DNA of 33,883 nt from Candidatus Nealsonbacteria bacterium RBG_13_42_11 (GCA_001821455.1 MHLY01000003.1:10994-44876); one strand, 5' to 3'. Shown: positions 1 to 8,127, counted from the stretch's first letter. The notes: generated from the sequence alone by a model not told the origin. Translations and numbers: made by a program.

Positions 1-209
1 AAAGAAAATAAAAGAATAAAAAATATAATTGCTGCGACAAGGCCTACGGTTTTATATTGTCTTTTTAAGAAAGCTATGGCTCCTTCCCGAATAGCCTGGG
101 AAATTTCTACCATTTTCCCCGAACCCGAGGGAGCGCGTTTTATTTTTTGAATGAGAAAAAAAGCGAAAATTAAAGAAACTATAGCAATTAGAGGAATAAT
201 AATTAGCAT
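1..209 (-). CDS. hppA: Membrane-bound proton/sodium-translocating pyrophosphatase, N-terminal fragment (gene runs off the left edge)
   Basis: Not in the ORF track. Hand translation from ATG (209..207) gives MLIIIPLIAIVSLIFAFFLIQKIKRAPSGSGKMVEISQAIREGAIAFLKRQYKTVGLVAAIIFFILLFS. This is a TM helix followed by the M-x-EIS-x-AI-x-EGA-x-AFL-x-RQYKT block typical of membrane pyrophosphatase N-termini. The frame is open to base 1. Confidence 0.75.
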   Translation of the reverse strand, partial: MLIIIPLIAIVSLIFAFFLIQKIKRAPSGSGKMVEISQAIREGAIAFLKRQYKTVGLVAAIIFFILLFS

Positions 210-227
210 ATTGTTTTAATTTTTAAA

Positions 228-1475
228 TTATATCTTATCCGGCTTTTTTCTTTTGGTTTTTTCTTTTTTGGGCTTTTCTTCTTTTTTTTCTTCTGCCTGA
301 ACTTCTTCCTCCGTACCGCCTTTCACGTCTATTTTCCAACCCGTTAATTTAGCTGCCAATCTCACATTTTGTCCGTCTTTGCCGATGGCCAAAGACAACT
401 GGTCTTCAGGAACTACTGCCAAGGCCTTATTTTTGGGCTGGATTTTTACTTCCAGAACTTTAGCGGGAGAAAGAGCGTTGGCAACGTATTCTTCGGGCTT
501 GGGAGAATATTGAATAATGTCAATTTTTTCTCCGCCCAACTCGTTGATCACCGCCATAACCCTGGTGCCTCTCTGGCCAACGCAAGAACCTATAGGGTCA
601 ACTCCTTCAGCCTCCGTGGCCACGGCGATTTTAGAACGGGAACCCGGCTCTCGGGCAATTGATTTTATCTGCACCTGTCCCGAAGAAATTTCCGGCACTT
701 CCAATTCAAAAAGTTTTGAAATGATTTTAGGATAGGCGCGTGATAATAAAACCACGGGGCCCTTTGGGGTTTCATCAACGTTTAAAACATAAATCTTTAA
801 TCTTTGTCCCGGGCGATAAAACTCGCCCGGCACCTGTTCTTCTCTTATTAACAATCCCAAAGTTTTGCCGATATCTATAAAGACATTTCTCCCTTCAACC
901 CTCTGGACGATACCGGAAATTATTTCTCCTTCTTTTGATTTGTATTCGCTGAAAATGCTTTCTTTTTCCGCTTCCCGAATTCTTTGGAGAATCACCTGTT
1001 TTGCCGTTTGGGCGGCAATTCTTCCGTAATCTTCCCGAGGGGTTAAAATCGTCTGCAGTTCTTCCCCGGCTTTTATTTTTGGGTTTATCTTTTTTGCTTC
1101 TTCGATCATCACGTGCCTTTCGGGGTTGAAGCGGACTTTCTCTTTTCCTGCCGCGGCTTTGGCAAAGTTTTCTTCTTCGATTTTTTCCTCTTTCAGTTTT
1201 TCCCGCCCCTCCGGAACGAAACTTATCTTTTGCAGGGCAGCCAGTTCTTTCTCAGAATAAATCATTTTCTTATCTACCACTAACTTTACCTGCCAAAACT
1301 GAACTCCGCCCGTTTCGGGGCTAAGTTTAGCGTGAATTATCTGGCCTTTTTTCCCGTAATCTTTTTTGTACGCCGCCGCAATGGCCATCTCAATGGTTTC
1401 CAAAACCTTTTCCGCGGAAATTCCTTTTTCCTCGGCAATCTGAGCAATGGCTGATGTGAAATTTTTTATATCCAT
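228..1475 (-). CDS. nusA: Transcription termination/antitermination factor NusA (N-terminal domain, S1, two KH domains, Lys/Glu-rich tail)
   Basis: ORF 228..1655, trimmed to the internal ATG at 1475 (MDIKNFTSAIAQIAEEKGIS...), which is a typical NusA start. The longer ORF overlaps the upstream gene and a terminator hairpin. S1-like EGEIISGIVQRVEGRNVFIDIG and KH-like GVDPIGSCVGQRGTRV and LSLAIGKDGQNVRLAAKLTGWKIDV are present. Confidence 0.9.
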   Translation of the reverse strand: MDIKNFTSAIAQIAEEKGISAEKVLETIEMAIAAAYKKDYGKKGQIIHAKLSPETGGVQFWQVKLVVDKKMIYSEKELAALQKISFVPEGREKLKEEKIEEENFAKAAAGKEKVRFNPERHVMIEEAKKINPKIKAGEELQTILTPREDYGRIAAQTAKQVILQRIREAEKESIFSEYKSKEGEIISGIVQRVEGRNVFIDIGKTLGLLIREEQVPGEFYRPGQRLKIYVLNVDETPKGPVVLLSRAYPKIISKLFELEVPEISSGQVQIKSIAREPGSRSKIAVATEAEGVDPIGSCVGQRGTRVMAVINELGGEKIDIIQYSPKPEEYVANALSPAKVLEVKIQPKNKALAVVPEDQLSLAIGKDGQNVRLAAKLTGWKIDVKGGTEEEVQAEEKKEEKPKKEKTKRKKPDKI

Positions 1476-1485
1476 GTTAATTTTG

Positions 1486-1511
1486 AAAAAATGCCCGCAC
1501 TTTTCGCGGAC
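1486..1511 (-). terminator. Rho-independent terminator after the PlsY-fusion gene, just upstream of nusA
   Basis: Minus-strand RNA reads GUCCGCG-AAAAG-UGCGGGC followed by AUUUUUU. This is a 7-bp stem (two G-U pairs) with a 5-nt loop and a U-tract, 26 nt downstream of the stop at 1537. Confidence 0.55.
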
Positions 1512-1536
1512 TATCTTCAATGTAGCAGAATGAAGA

Positions 1537-4119
1537 TCATTTGTCAATTGAATGAAAGGCAACCAATAACGCCCCGGGTCCGGTATGCGTTCCCACGACA
1601 GGTGAAACGGAAGCCACAAAGGAAACTTCTCTTCCCGGCTTTTTCTCCAATTCATTTTTAAGATCCTCGGCGGTTTTTAAGTTATCGGCGTGAGCGATGG
1701 CTATTCTTATTTTTTCCCCGACCGCTACTCTGTCAATTTCTTGGGCTAAAATTTTAGCGATATTTTTGCCGAACCTTACCCCCAAAAACTTGGCTTCGCC
1801 GTCTTTTACAACGACTAAGACGCGGATTCCCATTTTTTGCAAAAAAACAACCGGTTTAATAAATATTTTTGGCAGTTTAAACCTTCCGCCTTGCACCACA
1901 TATCTAAAATCGTCAATGCAGGCCAGCAGGGAAACTTTGGGAGAGAATCGCTTTAAATCCTCAACGATTTCTTCCGTTGTTTTGCCCTGGGAGATTAAAT
2001 TCTGAGCCCGTAGAGCAATCAAGCCCTCGGCAACTTCGGCAGTAAAGCAATCGAAAACAAAAATATTCAGTTTGGCCGGTTTTTTAAAAATGGAACGGGC
2101 AATCCGGGCTGAACTGTAAGCGCCCGAGAGTTTTGAGGAAAGCGTGATTACTAAAATCTTTTCAAATTTATCAAAAGCCCTTTGATAGGCAGAAAGAAAT
2201 TCCTTAAAAGAGGGAGCGGAAGTGGTGGGTAAGGGTTGGCCTGATTTAATGGCTTCTCTCATTTTGAGGTAAATTTCTTCTTTTGAGTTAATGATTTCTC
2301 CGTCAGGAAATCTTGTGGTAAATGAAACTTCTTCTATATTATGTTTTTCTAAAAATTCCTTTGGCAGATCGGCGATCTGATCAACCACCAGGCCGAGGGG
2401 CTTTTTTTCTATTTTCTTCATTTGCGCCTCCATATCTTCAACGCGAAATTCAATTTCCGGAAAATCTTCAAACTTATTTTTAATCACGCCGGGCTCGTTG
2501 GTGTGAATATGAATTTTTACTTTATCTTCTGATTCAATCATTTCCAAACTGTCTCCCATTAAAGAAAGTTCTTCCTTTATCTTTTCGGGGTTGGGCCCTC
2601 CTTCTTTTTTAAAACTGAAAACGATTTCGTATCTGTATTTTAACGGTTTTCCCGTTTCCGGCTGGATAATGGGCTCCGTCACTTCAACCTTGGAATTAAT
2701 AGGTATGCCTTTTAAACTTTCGATCCAGGCCTCCAAAATTTTCAAAAAACCCAGGGCGCCGGCATCAACCACGTCATTCTCTTTCAAAACCTTTAACTTT
2801 TCTTTTGTTTCTTTCAGCGCCACTTCGCTTACTTTATACGCTTCATCCAAAACTTTAATGATATTTTTTTCTTTTTGCGTTCTTGCTATTTCAAAGGCCT
2901 TTTCTCCGGCAGCTTTGATCGTATCTAAAATAGTTCCTTCAACCGGCTGGGCAATAGAGTCCCTAGCTGCCTTAATGCCTCTTTTCATCGCCAAGGCCAA
3001 ATGAAAAGCATTAATGGTGTCTAAGTGCTTAATTCTGTCTAAAACTTCAATAAAATAGCCGGTGCAAATCATTCCGGCATTGCCTCGGGCATTAATCATG
3101 GCTGCATCTTTGATATCTTCAGTTAATTCCCGCAGGTTGGAATAATTTTTTGAAGAAATGGTTCCCTCAACGCCAAGCAGGGTAGCGGCTAAATTATAGC
3201 CCGTATCCTTGTCAGCCACCGGGAAAACATTGATTTTATTGATTTCTTCCTGATGGATGACGATTTTTTTTGAGGCCGCCAGCATCATTTTTTTAAAATC
3301 TTCAACCGTAATTTCCGTCACCACTTTTTCTGAGGACGGGAAAAGCATATTTATCGGTTTTTTTGCCATTTTTACTCCGAATTTCGCCGCTCTCCAGCCG
3401 ATTTTTGAAGGAATAATAATGGGGGCGGCCAGAGGTTTCATTATTTTCGTCATGCGGCTGGGATTGTTTTTTTCTTTTTCTATAATTCTCTTAATTCTAA
3501 AATTAAAAAGCGCCTCATTATTATCAAAAATGAGGCGGTTGAAAAATAAAGCAAATTTTTTCTCCGAGGTTTTTAATTCGCTGATGGGGCTCAATCTTTT
3601 AACAAAAATGGGGGCCAAAGAGAGAAGGGTGAAAAAGCCTGCGATTTCAAATTGGCCGAATTTCTTAGAAAGAAAAACTGCCGTAATTAAAAACAAGATA
3701 GTGCCGATGGAAGCATTCCAGATGATCGCCAAAGCAATCAGGGGGATGATTGAATAAAGCAGAATCAAAGGAGACAGGGCCAAAAAGGCACCGATAAAAG
3801 TAGCGATGCCTCTTCCTCCGGAAAATCCCAAAAATAAAGACCAGTTATGGCCGATAACGGCTGCAGTTCCTGAAAAGATCTGGATCTCAAAAGGAAGTCC
3901 CAATCTTTGGGCTCCGGACACGGCTAAATACCCTTTCCCGACATCCAAAAGACCGGTTAAAATTCCCTGCCACTTGCCGACATTTTTAAAAACATTGCTG
4001 CCGGAAGTTTTTTTCCAGCCCACCTCTAAAATGTTTTTGCCCGAAAATCGGGAAATTACGTATCCGAAAGGAATTGAACCCAGTAAATAACTTATAATTA
4101 TCCAGAAAATTCCTGTCAT
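1537..4119 (-). CDS. plsY: Tripartite fusion: PlsY acyl-phosphate:glycerol-3-phosphate acyltransferase (aa 1-~195) + FakA-like Dak2/DhaL module (aa ~270-575) + DegV/FakB-type fatty-acid-binding domain (aa ~578-860)
   Basis: Single uninterrupted 860-aa ORF. The N-terminus (MTGIFWIIISYLLGSIPFGYVISR...SGSNVFKNVGK...GKGYLAV) is PlsY-like with multiple TM helices. The middle carries the Dak2 signatures INVFPVADKDTGYNL and VVDAGALGFLKILEAW plus the FakA-middle-like MGDSLEMIESEDKVKIHIHTNEPG. The C-terminus is DegV-like (LGLVVDQIADLPKEF..., LPTTSAPSFKEF, ITLSSKLSGAYSSARIA). Confidence 0.8.
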   Translation of the reverse strand: MTGIFWIIISYLLGSIPFGYVISRFSGKNILEVGWKKTSGSNVFKNVGKWQGILTGLLDVGKGYLAVSGAQRLGLPFEIQIFSGTAAVIGHNWSLFLGFSGGRGIATFIGAFLALSPLILLYSIIPLIALAIIWNASIGTILFLITAVFLSKKFGQFEIAGFFTLLSLAPIFVKRLSPISELKTSEKKFALFFNRLIFDNNEALFNFRIKRIIEKEKNNPSRMTKIMKPLAAPIIIPSKIGWRAAKFGVKMAKKPINMLFPSSEKVVTEITVEDFKKMMLAASKKIVIHQEEINKINVFPVADKDTGYNLAATLLGVEGTISSKNYSNLRELTEDIKDAAMINARGNAGMICTGYFIEVLDRIKHLDTINAFHLALAMKRGIKAARDSIAQPVEGTILDTIKAAGEKAFEIARTQKEKNIIKVLDEAYKVSEVALKETKEKLKVLKENDVVDAGALGFLKILEAWIESLKGIPINSKVEVTEPIIQPETGKPLKYRYEIVFSFKKEGGPNPEKIKEELSLMGDSLEMIESEDKVKIHIHTNEPGVIKNKFEDFPEIEFRVEDMEAQMKKIEKKPLGLVVDQIADLPKEFLEKHNIEEVSFTTRFPDGEIINSKEEIYLKMREAIKSGQPLPTTSAPSFKEFLSAYQRAFDKFEKILVITLSSKLSGAYSSARIARSIFKKPAKLNIFVFDCFTAEVAEGLIALRAQNLISQGKTTEEIVEDLKRFSPKVSLLACIDDFRYVVQGGRFKLPKIFIKPVVFLQKMGIRVLVVVKDGEAKFLGVRFGKNIAKILAQEIDRVAVGEKIRIAIAHADNLKTAEDLKNELEKKPGREVSFVASVSPVVGTHTGPGALLVAFHSIDK

Positions 4120-4133
4120 TTGATTGTTCTGTT

Positions 4134-4159
4134 AAAAAACGGCATTTTTTAAGTGCCGT
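4134..4159 (-). terminator. Rho-independent terminator-like hairpin between tRNA-Ala and the plsY-fusion start
   Basis: Minus-strand RNA reads ACGGCA-CUUAAAAAA-UGCCGU followed by UUUUU. This is a 6-bp stem with a 9-nt loop, 15 nt upstream of the ATG at 4119. Confidence 0.45.
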
Positions 4160-4165
4160 AATTTA

Positions 4166-4193
4166 ATTATATCAGAATTGACAGTCAAGGCAA
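4166..4193 (-). promoter_or_regulatory. Candidate sigma-70 promoter for the plsY-fusion gene (extended -10)
   Basis: On the minus strand: TTGCCT (4193..4188), a 16-nt spacer, then TGaTATAAT (-10 at 4171..4166). The predicted start would fall at the 5' arm of the hairpin at 4159. Confidence 0.35.
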
Positions 4194-4246
4194 TTACGTC
4201 AATCTTCTCGCCTCTAATCCCGGTTTCTTTTGTAGACATAAAACAG

Positions 4247-4317
4247 TGGACTCACCGGGAATTGAACCCGGACCTCGGCAATGCGAATGCCGCGTAATGC
4301 CGTTTTACTATGAGCCC
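4247..4317 (-). tRNA. tRNA-Ala (anticodon CGC), no encoded CCA
   Basis: Hand fold of the reverse complement: GGGCTCA TA GTAA AACGGCA TTAC G CGGCA TTCGCAT TGCCG AGGT CCGGG TTCAATT CCCGG TGAGTCC A. The cloverleaf is complete, the G3:U70 alanine identity pair is present, and the anticodon loop is TT-CGC-AT. Confidence 0.9.
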
Positions 4318-4319
4318 GT

Positions 4320-5210
4320 TTATTCGGCTGGCGCCCAGCCCAGCGCCAAGGAGTCCTGGCCCAAAATGGAACCGATAACATTATCAATCAAGCTTACGGA
4401 AACCACTTCAACGTTTTCCAAATTCTTTTCAATCATTTCTTTTAATTTATTGGCTCTTTCTATGTTGTCTCCGTGGGCGATAGTTACCCTGATTTTTTTG
4501 CCGTTTTTCCTTAAATCTTTTGTTTTGTTTTCCAGTTCCCGGAATAAAGCCGTGGGAATGTCTTTTGCGCCGATTTTTATACCTGCGGGGCCGATCTTTC
4601 CTTCTTTTATTTCGAGCATAGACCTCAGGCCGATTTTTTGGGCTTTTCTCATCCAGTTAGCCACTGTCGGTGATATTCGGCCTGAAAACTCTATTCTTTT
4701 CGGGTCGTCCAGAAAAGCGTAAAGGTGAGAATGATGAGTATAATCTTCTATCTTTTTTAAGATTTCTTCAACGGACTGGCCGCTTTCCGCTAATTCAGCG
4801 GCTTTTATGACGACGAGCCCTAAAGAAGCTGTTCCGTTCAAAGAATCAATTACAAAGATACTGTTTCCTTTTTCTCCCATGAATTTTTTCGCCTGGCAGC
4901 CGGAATTATATGTACCGGAGTGCTTTGAGGTGATGGTAAGACAAATGATTTTCTCAAACTTTTCCAAATGCGTCTGGAAAATATCCACAAATGCTTTGGG
5001 AGAAGGTTGGGAGGTTTTGGCAAAAGATTTATCGCCCTTCTTTTCCAGTTCCCTGATTTTTTGAAAAATGTTTTCACCGGGGATTGCTTCAATTTCCGGC
5101 CAAGAAACATTAAGGGGAACTATTCCTATATCATATTTTGTAATTATTTCTTTTGGCAAATCGCATCCTTCGTCGGAAACTATGCCGATTGGTTTTTTAT
5201 CATTCATCAT
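4320..5210 (-). CDS. DegV family fatty-acid-binding protein (FakB-like)
   Basis: 296-aa ORF with DegV hallmarks: IGIVSDEGCDLPKEIITKYDIGIVPL, KTSQPSPKAF and ITSKHSGTYNSGCQA. The stop lies 2 nt before tRNA-Ala. Confidence 0.85.
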   Translation of the reverse strand: MMNDKKPIGIVSDEGCDLPKEIITKYDIGIVPLNVSWPEIEAIPGENIFQKIRELEKKGDKSFAKTSQPSPKAFVDIFQTHLEKFEKIICLTITSKHSGTYNSGCQAKKFMGEKGNSIFVIDSLNGTASLGLVVIKAAELAESGQSVEEILKKIEDYTHHSHLYAFLDDPKRIEFSGRISPTVANWMRKAQKIGLRSMLEIKEGKIGPAGIKIGAKDIPTALFRELENKTKDLRKNGKKIRVTIAHGDNIERANKLKEMIEKNLENVEVVSVSLIDNVIGSILGQDSLALGWAPAE

Positions 5211-5231
5211 ATATATAAATTAATAATAATG

Positions 5232-5302
5232 TCGGGGTGCTGGGAATTGAACCCAGACCGCAGAGTCCCGAACCCTGTATACTGCCGTTATACTACACCC
5301 CG
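5232..5302 (-). tRNA. tRNA-Pro (anticodon CGG), no encoded CCA
   Basis: Reverse complement folds as CGGGGTG TA GTAT AACGGCA GTAT A CAGGG TTCGGGA CTCTG CGGT CTGGG TTCAATT CCCAG CACCCCG A. The acceptor stem has 7 bp and the T-loop is TTCAATT. Confidence 0.85.
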
Positions 5303-5313
5303 AATTGTGATTT

Positions 5314-5916
5314 TTAAATCTTTTCTAAAAGTGTGAAATATTGCGGAGTCAGAAGAAGAGAAAAATGGCTTTTGATGTGCCTTAGTTTTGTTCCCCTGAT
5401 TATTTTTTGAATTTTCTTGGGACTAAACTTGTGAAGGTGAATTTTGCGACAGTGAATAATATCTCCGAACATAAGCAGGGAAGCGTTAATGGCGCCGGTG
5501 CCGCGAATTATCTCAAAAGGATAAACTAAGAGCGCTCTACCGCCCGGTTTTAAAACTTTTTCTATTTCTTTAAAAAATTTGCTGATTTCCTTAATATGTT
5601 CAATCGTATGGCAGGAATAAATTTTGTCAAAAAAATCGGCGGGAAAACCCATATTTGTCGCATCTATTACTTTTAAATTCTTGGCCACTCCGCTCTCAAT
5701 TGCTTTGATGTTTATATCAATTCCGATGGTGCCAGGGGCGATCTTCTGCATTTCTTTTGTCAAAAAACCTCTGCCGCACCCTATTTCTAAAATTTTATCT
5801 TCTGGCTTTGGCCTTAAATACTGCGAAACTTTTTCAAAAAGATTCTTATCTTTTACCTGAAACAAAGGATAGATTCGCGAGTTATATTCCGTTTTAGACA
5901 TATTAGGTTCAATCAT
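5314..5916 (-). CDS. Class I SAM-dependent methyltransferase (substrate unknown)
   Basis: 200-aa ORF with motif I ILEIGCGRGFLT and a post-I/II-like segment VLKPGGRALLVYP. Its start overlaps the cca stop in an ATGA arrangement. Confidence 0.7.
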   Translation of the reverse strand: MIEPNMSKTEYNSRIYPLFQVKDKNLFEKVSQYLRPKPEDKILEIGCGRGFLTKEMQKIAPGTIGIDINIKAIESGVAKNLKVIDATNMGFPADFFDKIYSCHTIEHIKEISKFFKEIEKVLKPGGRALLVYPFEIIRGTGAINASLLMFGDIIHCRKIHLHKFSPKKIQKIIRGTKLRHIKSHFSLLLTPQYFTLLEKI

Positions 5917-7376
5917 GTTACCCAGTATTTTTTCTTCGTCATTTCGTCCCTTTTGATTTCCACTGTTTCCCTTTCTTTTCTGCCCTCTTGGCCAAGCGTT
6001 TTCAGTTCTTTTTCCGGCAATTTGCCTAATTTCTTAATTTCTTTTTCCAAAAATTCCTTTTTGTTTTTCTTGGGTTCTGCTAAAACGTATCCTAACAAAA
6101 TGTCCAGAATTTGTCCTACTTTCGGGCCAGGCGAAATGGCCAAAATCTTCATCACCTCATTTCCTGAAACCTTAAGCATTTTTACTGAAATCGGGTCCCG
6201 GGAAACCTTTTCCATGACATATTTCAAGTGTCTTAATTTATACGGCTCGGCTTTGGGAACGCCCGAACCGATCCTGTCAGCCATTCTCACCTGAAGAAGT
6301 TCTTCCATGTTTTCAGGACCAGCCTTTAAAACCAGCCTTCTGATCGAAGAATCTCCGACTTCACCGACGTTATAGTAAAAAAGATGGTAGCGGACCAGTT
6401 TTACAATTTTTTCAATGTCTTTTTGAGAGAAGCGCAATCTTTCTAAAATTCTTTCAGTCATTTTCGCTCCGACAATTTCATGGCTGTAGAAAGTCGCGTC
6501 AGGACCCGCGCCCCTTTTTACCCTGGGTTTCCCTATGTCGTGGAAAAGAGCGGCCCATCTTACGTATTTATTGAAATTCTTTTTGGCGGCGAAATCCAAA
6601 GATCTTAAACTGTGGTCGTAGCATTCATATATATGATGCTTATTTTGACCTATTCCGCAGCCTTCCTCCAGTTCCGGAATAATGTATTTTAACAAGCCCA
6701 GTTTTCTTAAAGTTTCTATGCCTTCAGCCGCCCTTTCCGACATGATAATTTTTATCAATTCGTCTCTGATTCTCTCTTGGGAAATAAGTTTCAGAGAAGA
6801 AATGTTCTTTGTGATAGCTTTTTCGGTATTTGTCTCAATTTTCCATCCTTCGCCCAGAGTAGTTGCGAACCTCACTGCTCTCATCATTCTTAAAGCATCC
6901 TCATTGAAACGCTCTTGCGGATTGCCCACAGCTCTGATTATTTTGTTTTTTAAATCCTTCTGGCCGTCGTAGGGGTCTTGTATTTCGTATTTTTTGTCTT
7001 GTATTTTGATGGCTATGGCATTAATCGTAAAATCTCTTCTGGCTAAATCTTCCTCTAAGGTCTTAGCGAATTTTATTTCATCCGGGTGCCGTTTGTCGGT
7101 ATATTTGGCTTCCGACCTGAAAGTGGTGATTTCAACCTCTTTTAATTTCGGGTTTTTGCTGTTTATCTGGACGGTTACAGTTAAAAATTTATTTTCGTAA
7201 AAACTCTTCGGAAATATCTTTTTAATTTTCTCCGGAGGAGCATTGGTTGTCACATCCCAATCTTCGGGCGCCACCCCTCTCAAAAAATCCCTGACGCAGC
7301 CGCCAACAATAAAAGCCTCAAAGTTTTTCTTTTTTAATCTGCTAATTACCGATTTTATCTCTTTTGGAATAACCAT
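5913..7376 (-). CDS. cca: CCA-adding tRNA nucleotidyltransferase with HD domain
   Basis: 487-aa ORF. Pol-beta head motifs FIVGGCVRDFLRG...DWDVTT and RRDFTINA are present, as is the HD domain ALFHDIGKP. This fits all four tRNA genes in the window lacking an encoded CCA. Confidence 0.85.
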   Translation of the reverse strand: MVIPKEIKSVISRLKKKNFEAFIVGGCVRDFLRGVAPEDWDVTTNAPPEKIKKIFPKSFYENKFLTVTVQINSKNPKLKEVEITTFRSEAKYTDKRHPDEIKFAKTLEEDLARRDFTINAIAIKIQDKKYEIQDPYDGQKDLKNKIIRAVGNPQERFNEDALRMMRAVRFATTLGEGWKIETNTEKAITKNISSLKLISQERIRDELIKIIMSERAAEGIETLRKLGLLKYIIPELEEGCGIGQNKHHIYECYDHSLRSLDFAAKKNFNKYVRWAALFHDIGKPRVKRGAGPDATFYSHEIVGAKMTERILERLRFSQKDIEKIVKLVRYHLFYYNVGEVGDSSIRRLVLKAGPENMEELLQVRMADRIGSGVPKAEPYKLRHLKYVMEKVSRDPISVKMLKVSGNEVMKILAISPGPKVGQILDILLGYVLAEPKKNKKEFLEKEIKKLGKLPEKELKTLGQEGRKERETVEIKRDEMTKKKYWVT

Positions 7377-7400
7377 TATTCTCTATTTTATCTTAAAAAC

Positions 7401-7428
7401 TTGTCTTTTTCAATTAATCTGGTAATAT
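7401..7428 (+). promoter_or_regulatory. Candidate promoter for the tRNA-Arg / pilin / tRNA-Lys / rpsO transcription unit
   Basis: TTGTCT (7401..7406), a 16-nt spacer, then TGgTAATAT (extended -10, hexamer 7423..7428). It lies 24 nt upstream of tRNA-Arg. Confidence 0.45.
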
Positions 7429-7451
7429 TAAGATAAGTCCTGTAAGATTGA

Positions 7452-7523
7452 GCCCCCGTGGCGTAATGGATAGCGTAATGGCCTTCGAAGCCTTGGGTGG
7501 GGGTTCGAGTCCCTCCGGGGGCA
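7452..7523 (+). tRNA. tRNA-Arg (anticodon TCG), no encoded CCA
   Basis: GCCCCCG TG GCGT AATGGATA GCGT A ATGGC CTTCGAA GCCTT GGGT GGGGG TTCGAGT CCCTC CGGGGGC A. The cloverleaf has one U-U mismatch in the anticodon stem. The T-loop is TTCGAGT. Confidence 0.85.
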
Positions 7524-7528
7524 CAAAT

Positions 7529-8011
7529 ATGAAAAACAAAAAATCAAAAAACAAAAATCAAAAAATATTTTTAATGGTTTTGGTGGTCGGATTTTTTTTA
7601 CTTTCGGCTAATCAGATTTTAGCTGCTTGCCCAACCGGCATTGTTCCTTGTGGCGGCTCAGATTGCCTTTGTACTTTTTGTGATTTTTTCAAGCTTATTC
7701 ATAATATTATAAATTTCCTTCTGGTACCCTGCTCGCTTAATAGTGGTTTTGCCATTATTCCAACCATTGCCGTTTTATTGTTGGTTTTCGGCGGTCTTTA
7801 TTTGCTCATTTCCGGAGCTAGCCCGGAAATGTTCAGTAAGGCTAAGGCGATTATTACTGCCGCTATTATCGGTTTAGTAATTGTGTTTATTGCCTGGATA
7901 TTTTTAAATACATTTCTTGATTATATTGGAGTGGTGGAATGGACTGGCCTTACTGACAATCCAGATACTCCGGACGTAGTAGAAGGGTGGTGGCAAGTTC
8001 AATGTCGTTAA
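7529..8011 (+). CDS. Small membrane pilin-like protein (VirB2/TrbC-like, CPR-type T4SS pilin fold), stand-alone paralog
   Basis: ORF 7448..8011 trimmed to the ATG at 7529, because the longer ORF starts with TTG inside tRNA-Arg. The protein has a Lys-rich N-terminus and signal/TM segment, a Cys cluster CPTGIVPCGGSDCLCTFCDFF, and two TM helices around GGLYLLISGASPEMFSKAKAIITAAIIGLVIVFIAW. It ends in EGWWQVQCR. Confidence 0.65.
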   Translation: MKNKKSKNKNQKIFLMVLVVGFFLLSANQILAACPTGIVPCGGSDCLCTFCDFFKLIHNIINFLLVPCSLNSGFAIIPTIAVLLLVFGGLYLLISGASPEMFSKAKAIITAAIIGLVIVFIAWIFLNTFLDYIGVVEWTGLTDNPDTPDVVEGWWQVQCR

Positions 8012-8054
8012 GCCGTTGTAATCCAATTGGTAGTGGCCGCCTCGCACCAATTAC

Positions 8055-8127
8055 GCCCTGCTAGCTCAATTGGTAGAGCAGAGGACTCTTAATCCTTTGG
8101 TTGCAGGTTCGAGTCCTGCGCGGGGCA
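8055..8127 (+). tRNA. tRNA-Lys (anticodon CTT), no encoded CCA
   Basis: GCCCTGC TA GCTC AATTGGTA GAGC A GAGGA CTCTTAA TCCTT TGGTT GCAGG TTCGAGT CCTGC GCGGGGC A. The cloverleaf is complete. Confidence 0.9.

Noticed and set aside
1476-1655. N-terminal 60-aa extension of the NusA ORF (track start at 1655)
   Set aside because: It overlaps the 3' end of the upstream 860-aa gene and crosses a terminator hairpin. The canonical NusA N-terminus begins at the ATG at 1475.
4098-4106. TTATCCAGA, an 8/9 match to the canonical DnaA box
   Set aside because: It is a single copy inside the plsY coding region, 21 kb from dnaA, so most likely chance.
4246-4722. 158-aa plus-strand ORF
   Set aside because: It starts with GTG inside tRNA-Ala and runs antisense to a well-supported DegV gene. 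The product is low-complexity and hydrophobic with no recognisable motifs.
7448-7528. Longer start (TTG at 7448) for the pilin ORF
   Set aside because: The extension is the translated tRNA-Arg gene. The ATG at 7529 gives a normal Lys-rich N-terminus plus a signal/TM segment.
8012-8054. tRNA-like fragment or hairpin (AATTGGT...ACCAATT, 7-bp stem) between the pilin gene and tRNA-Lys
   Set aside because: It resembles a D-arm (AATTGGTAG) but cannot be folded into a cloverleaf, and no U-tract follows the stem. It may be a processing hairpin, but the evidence is too weak to annotate.
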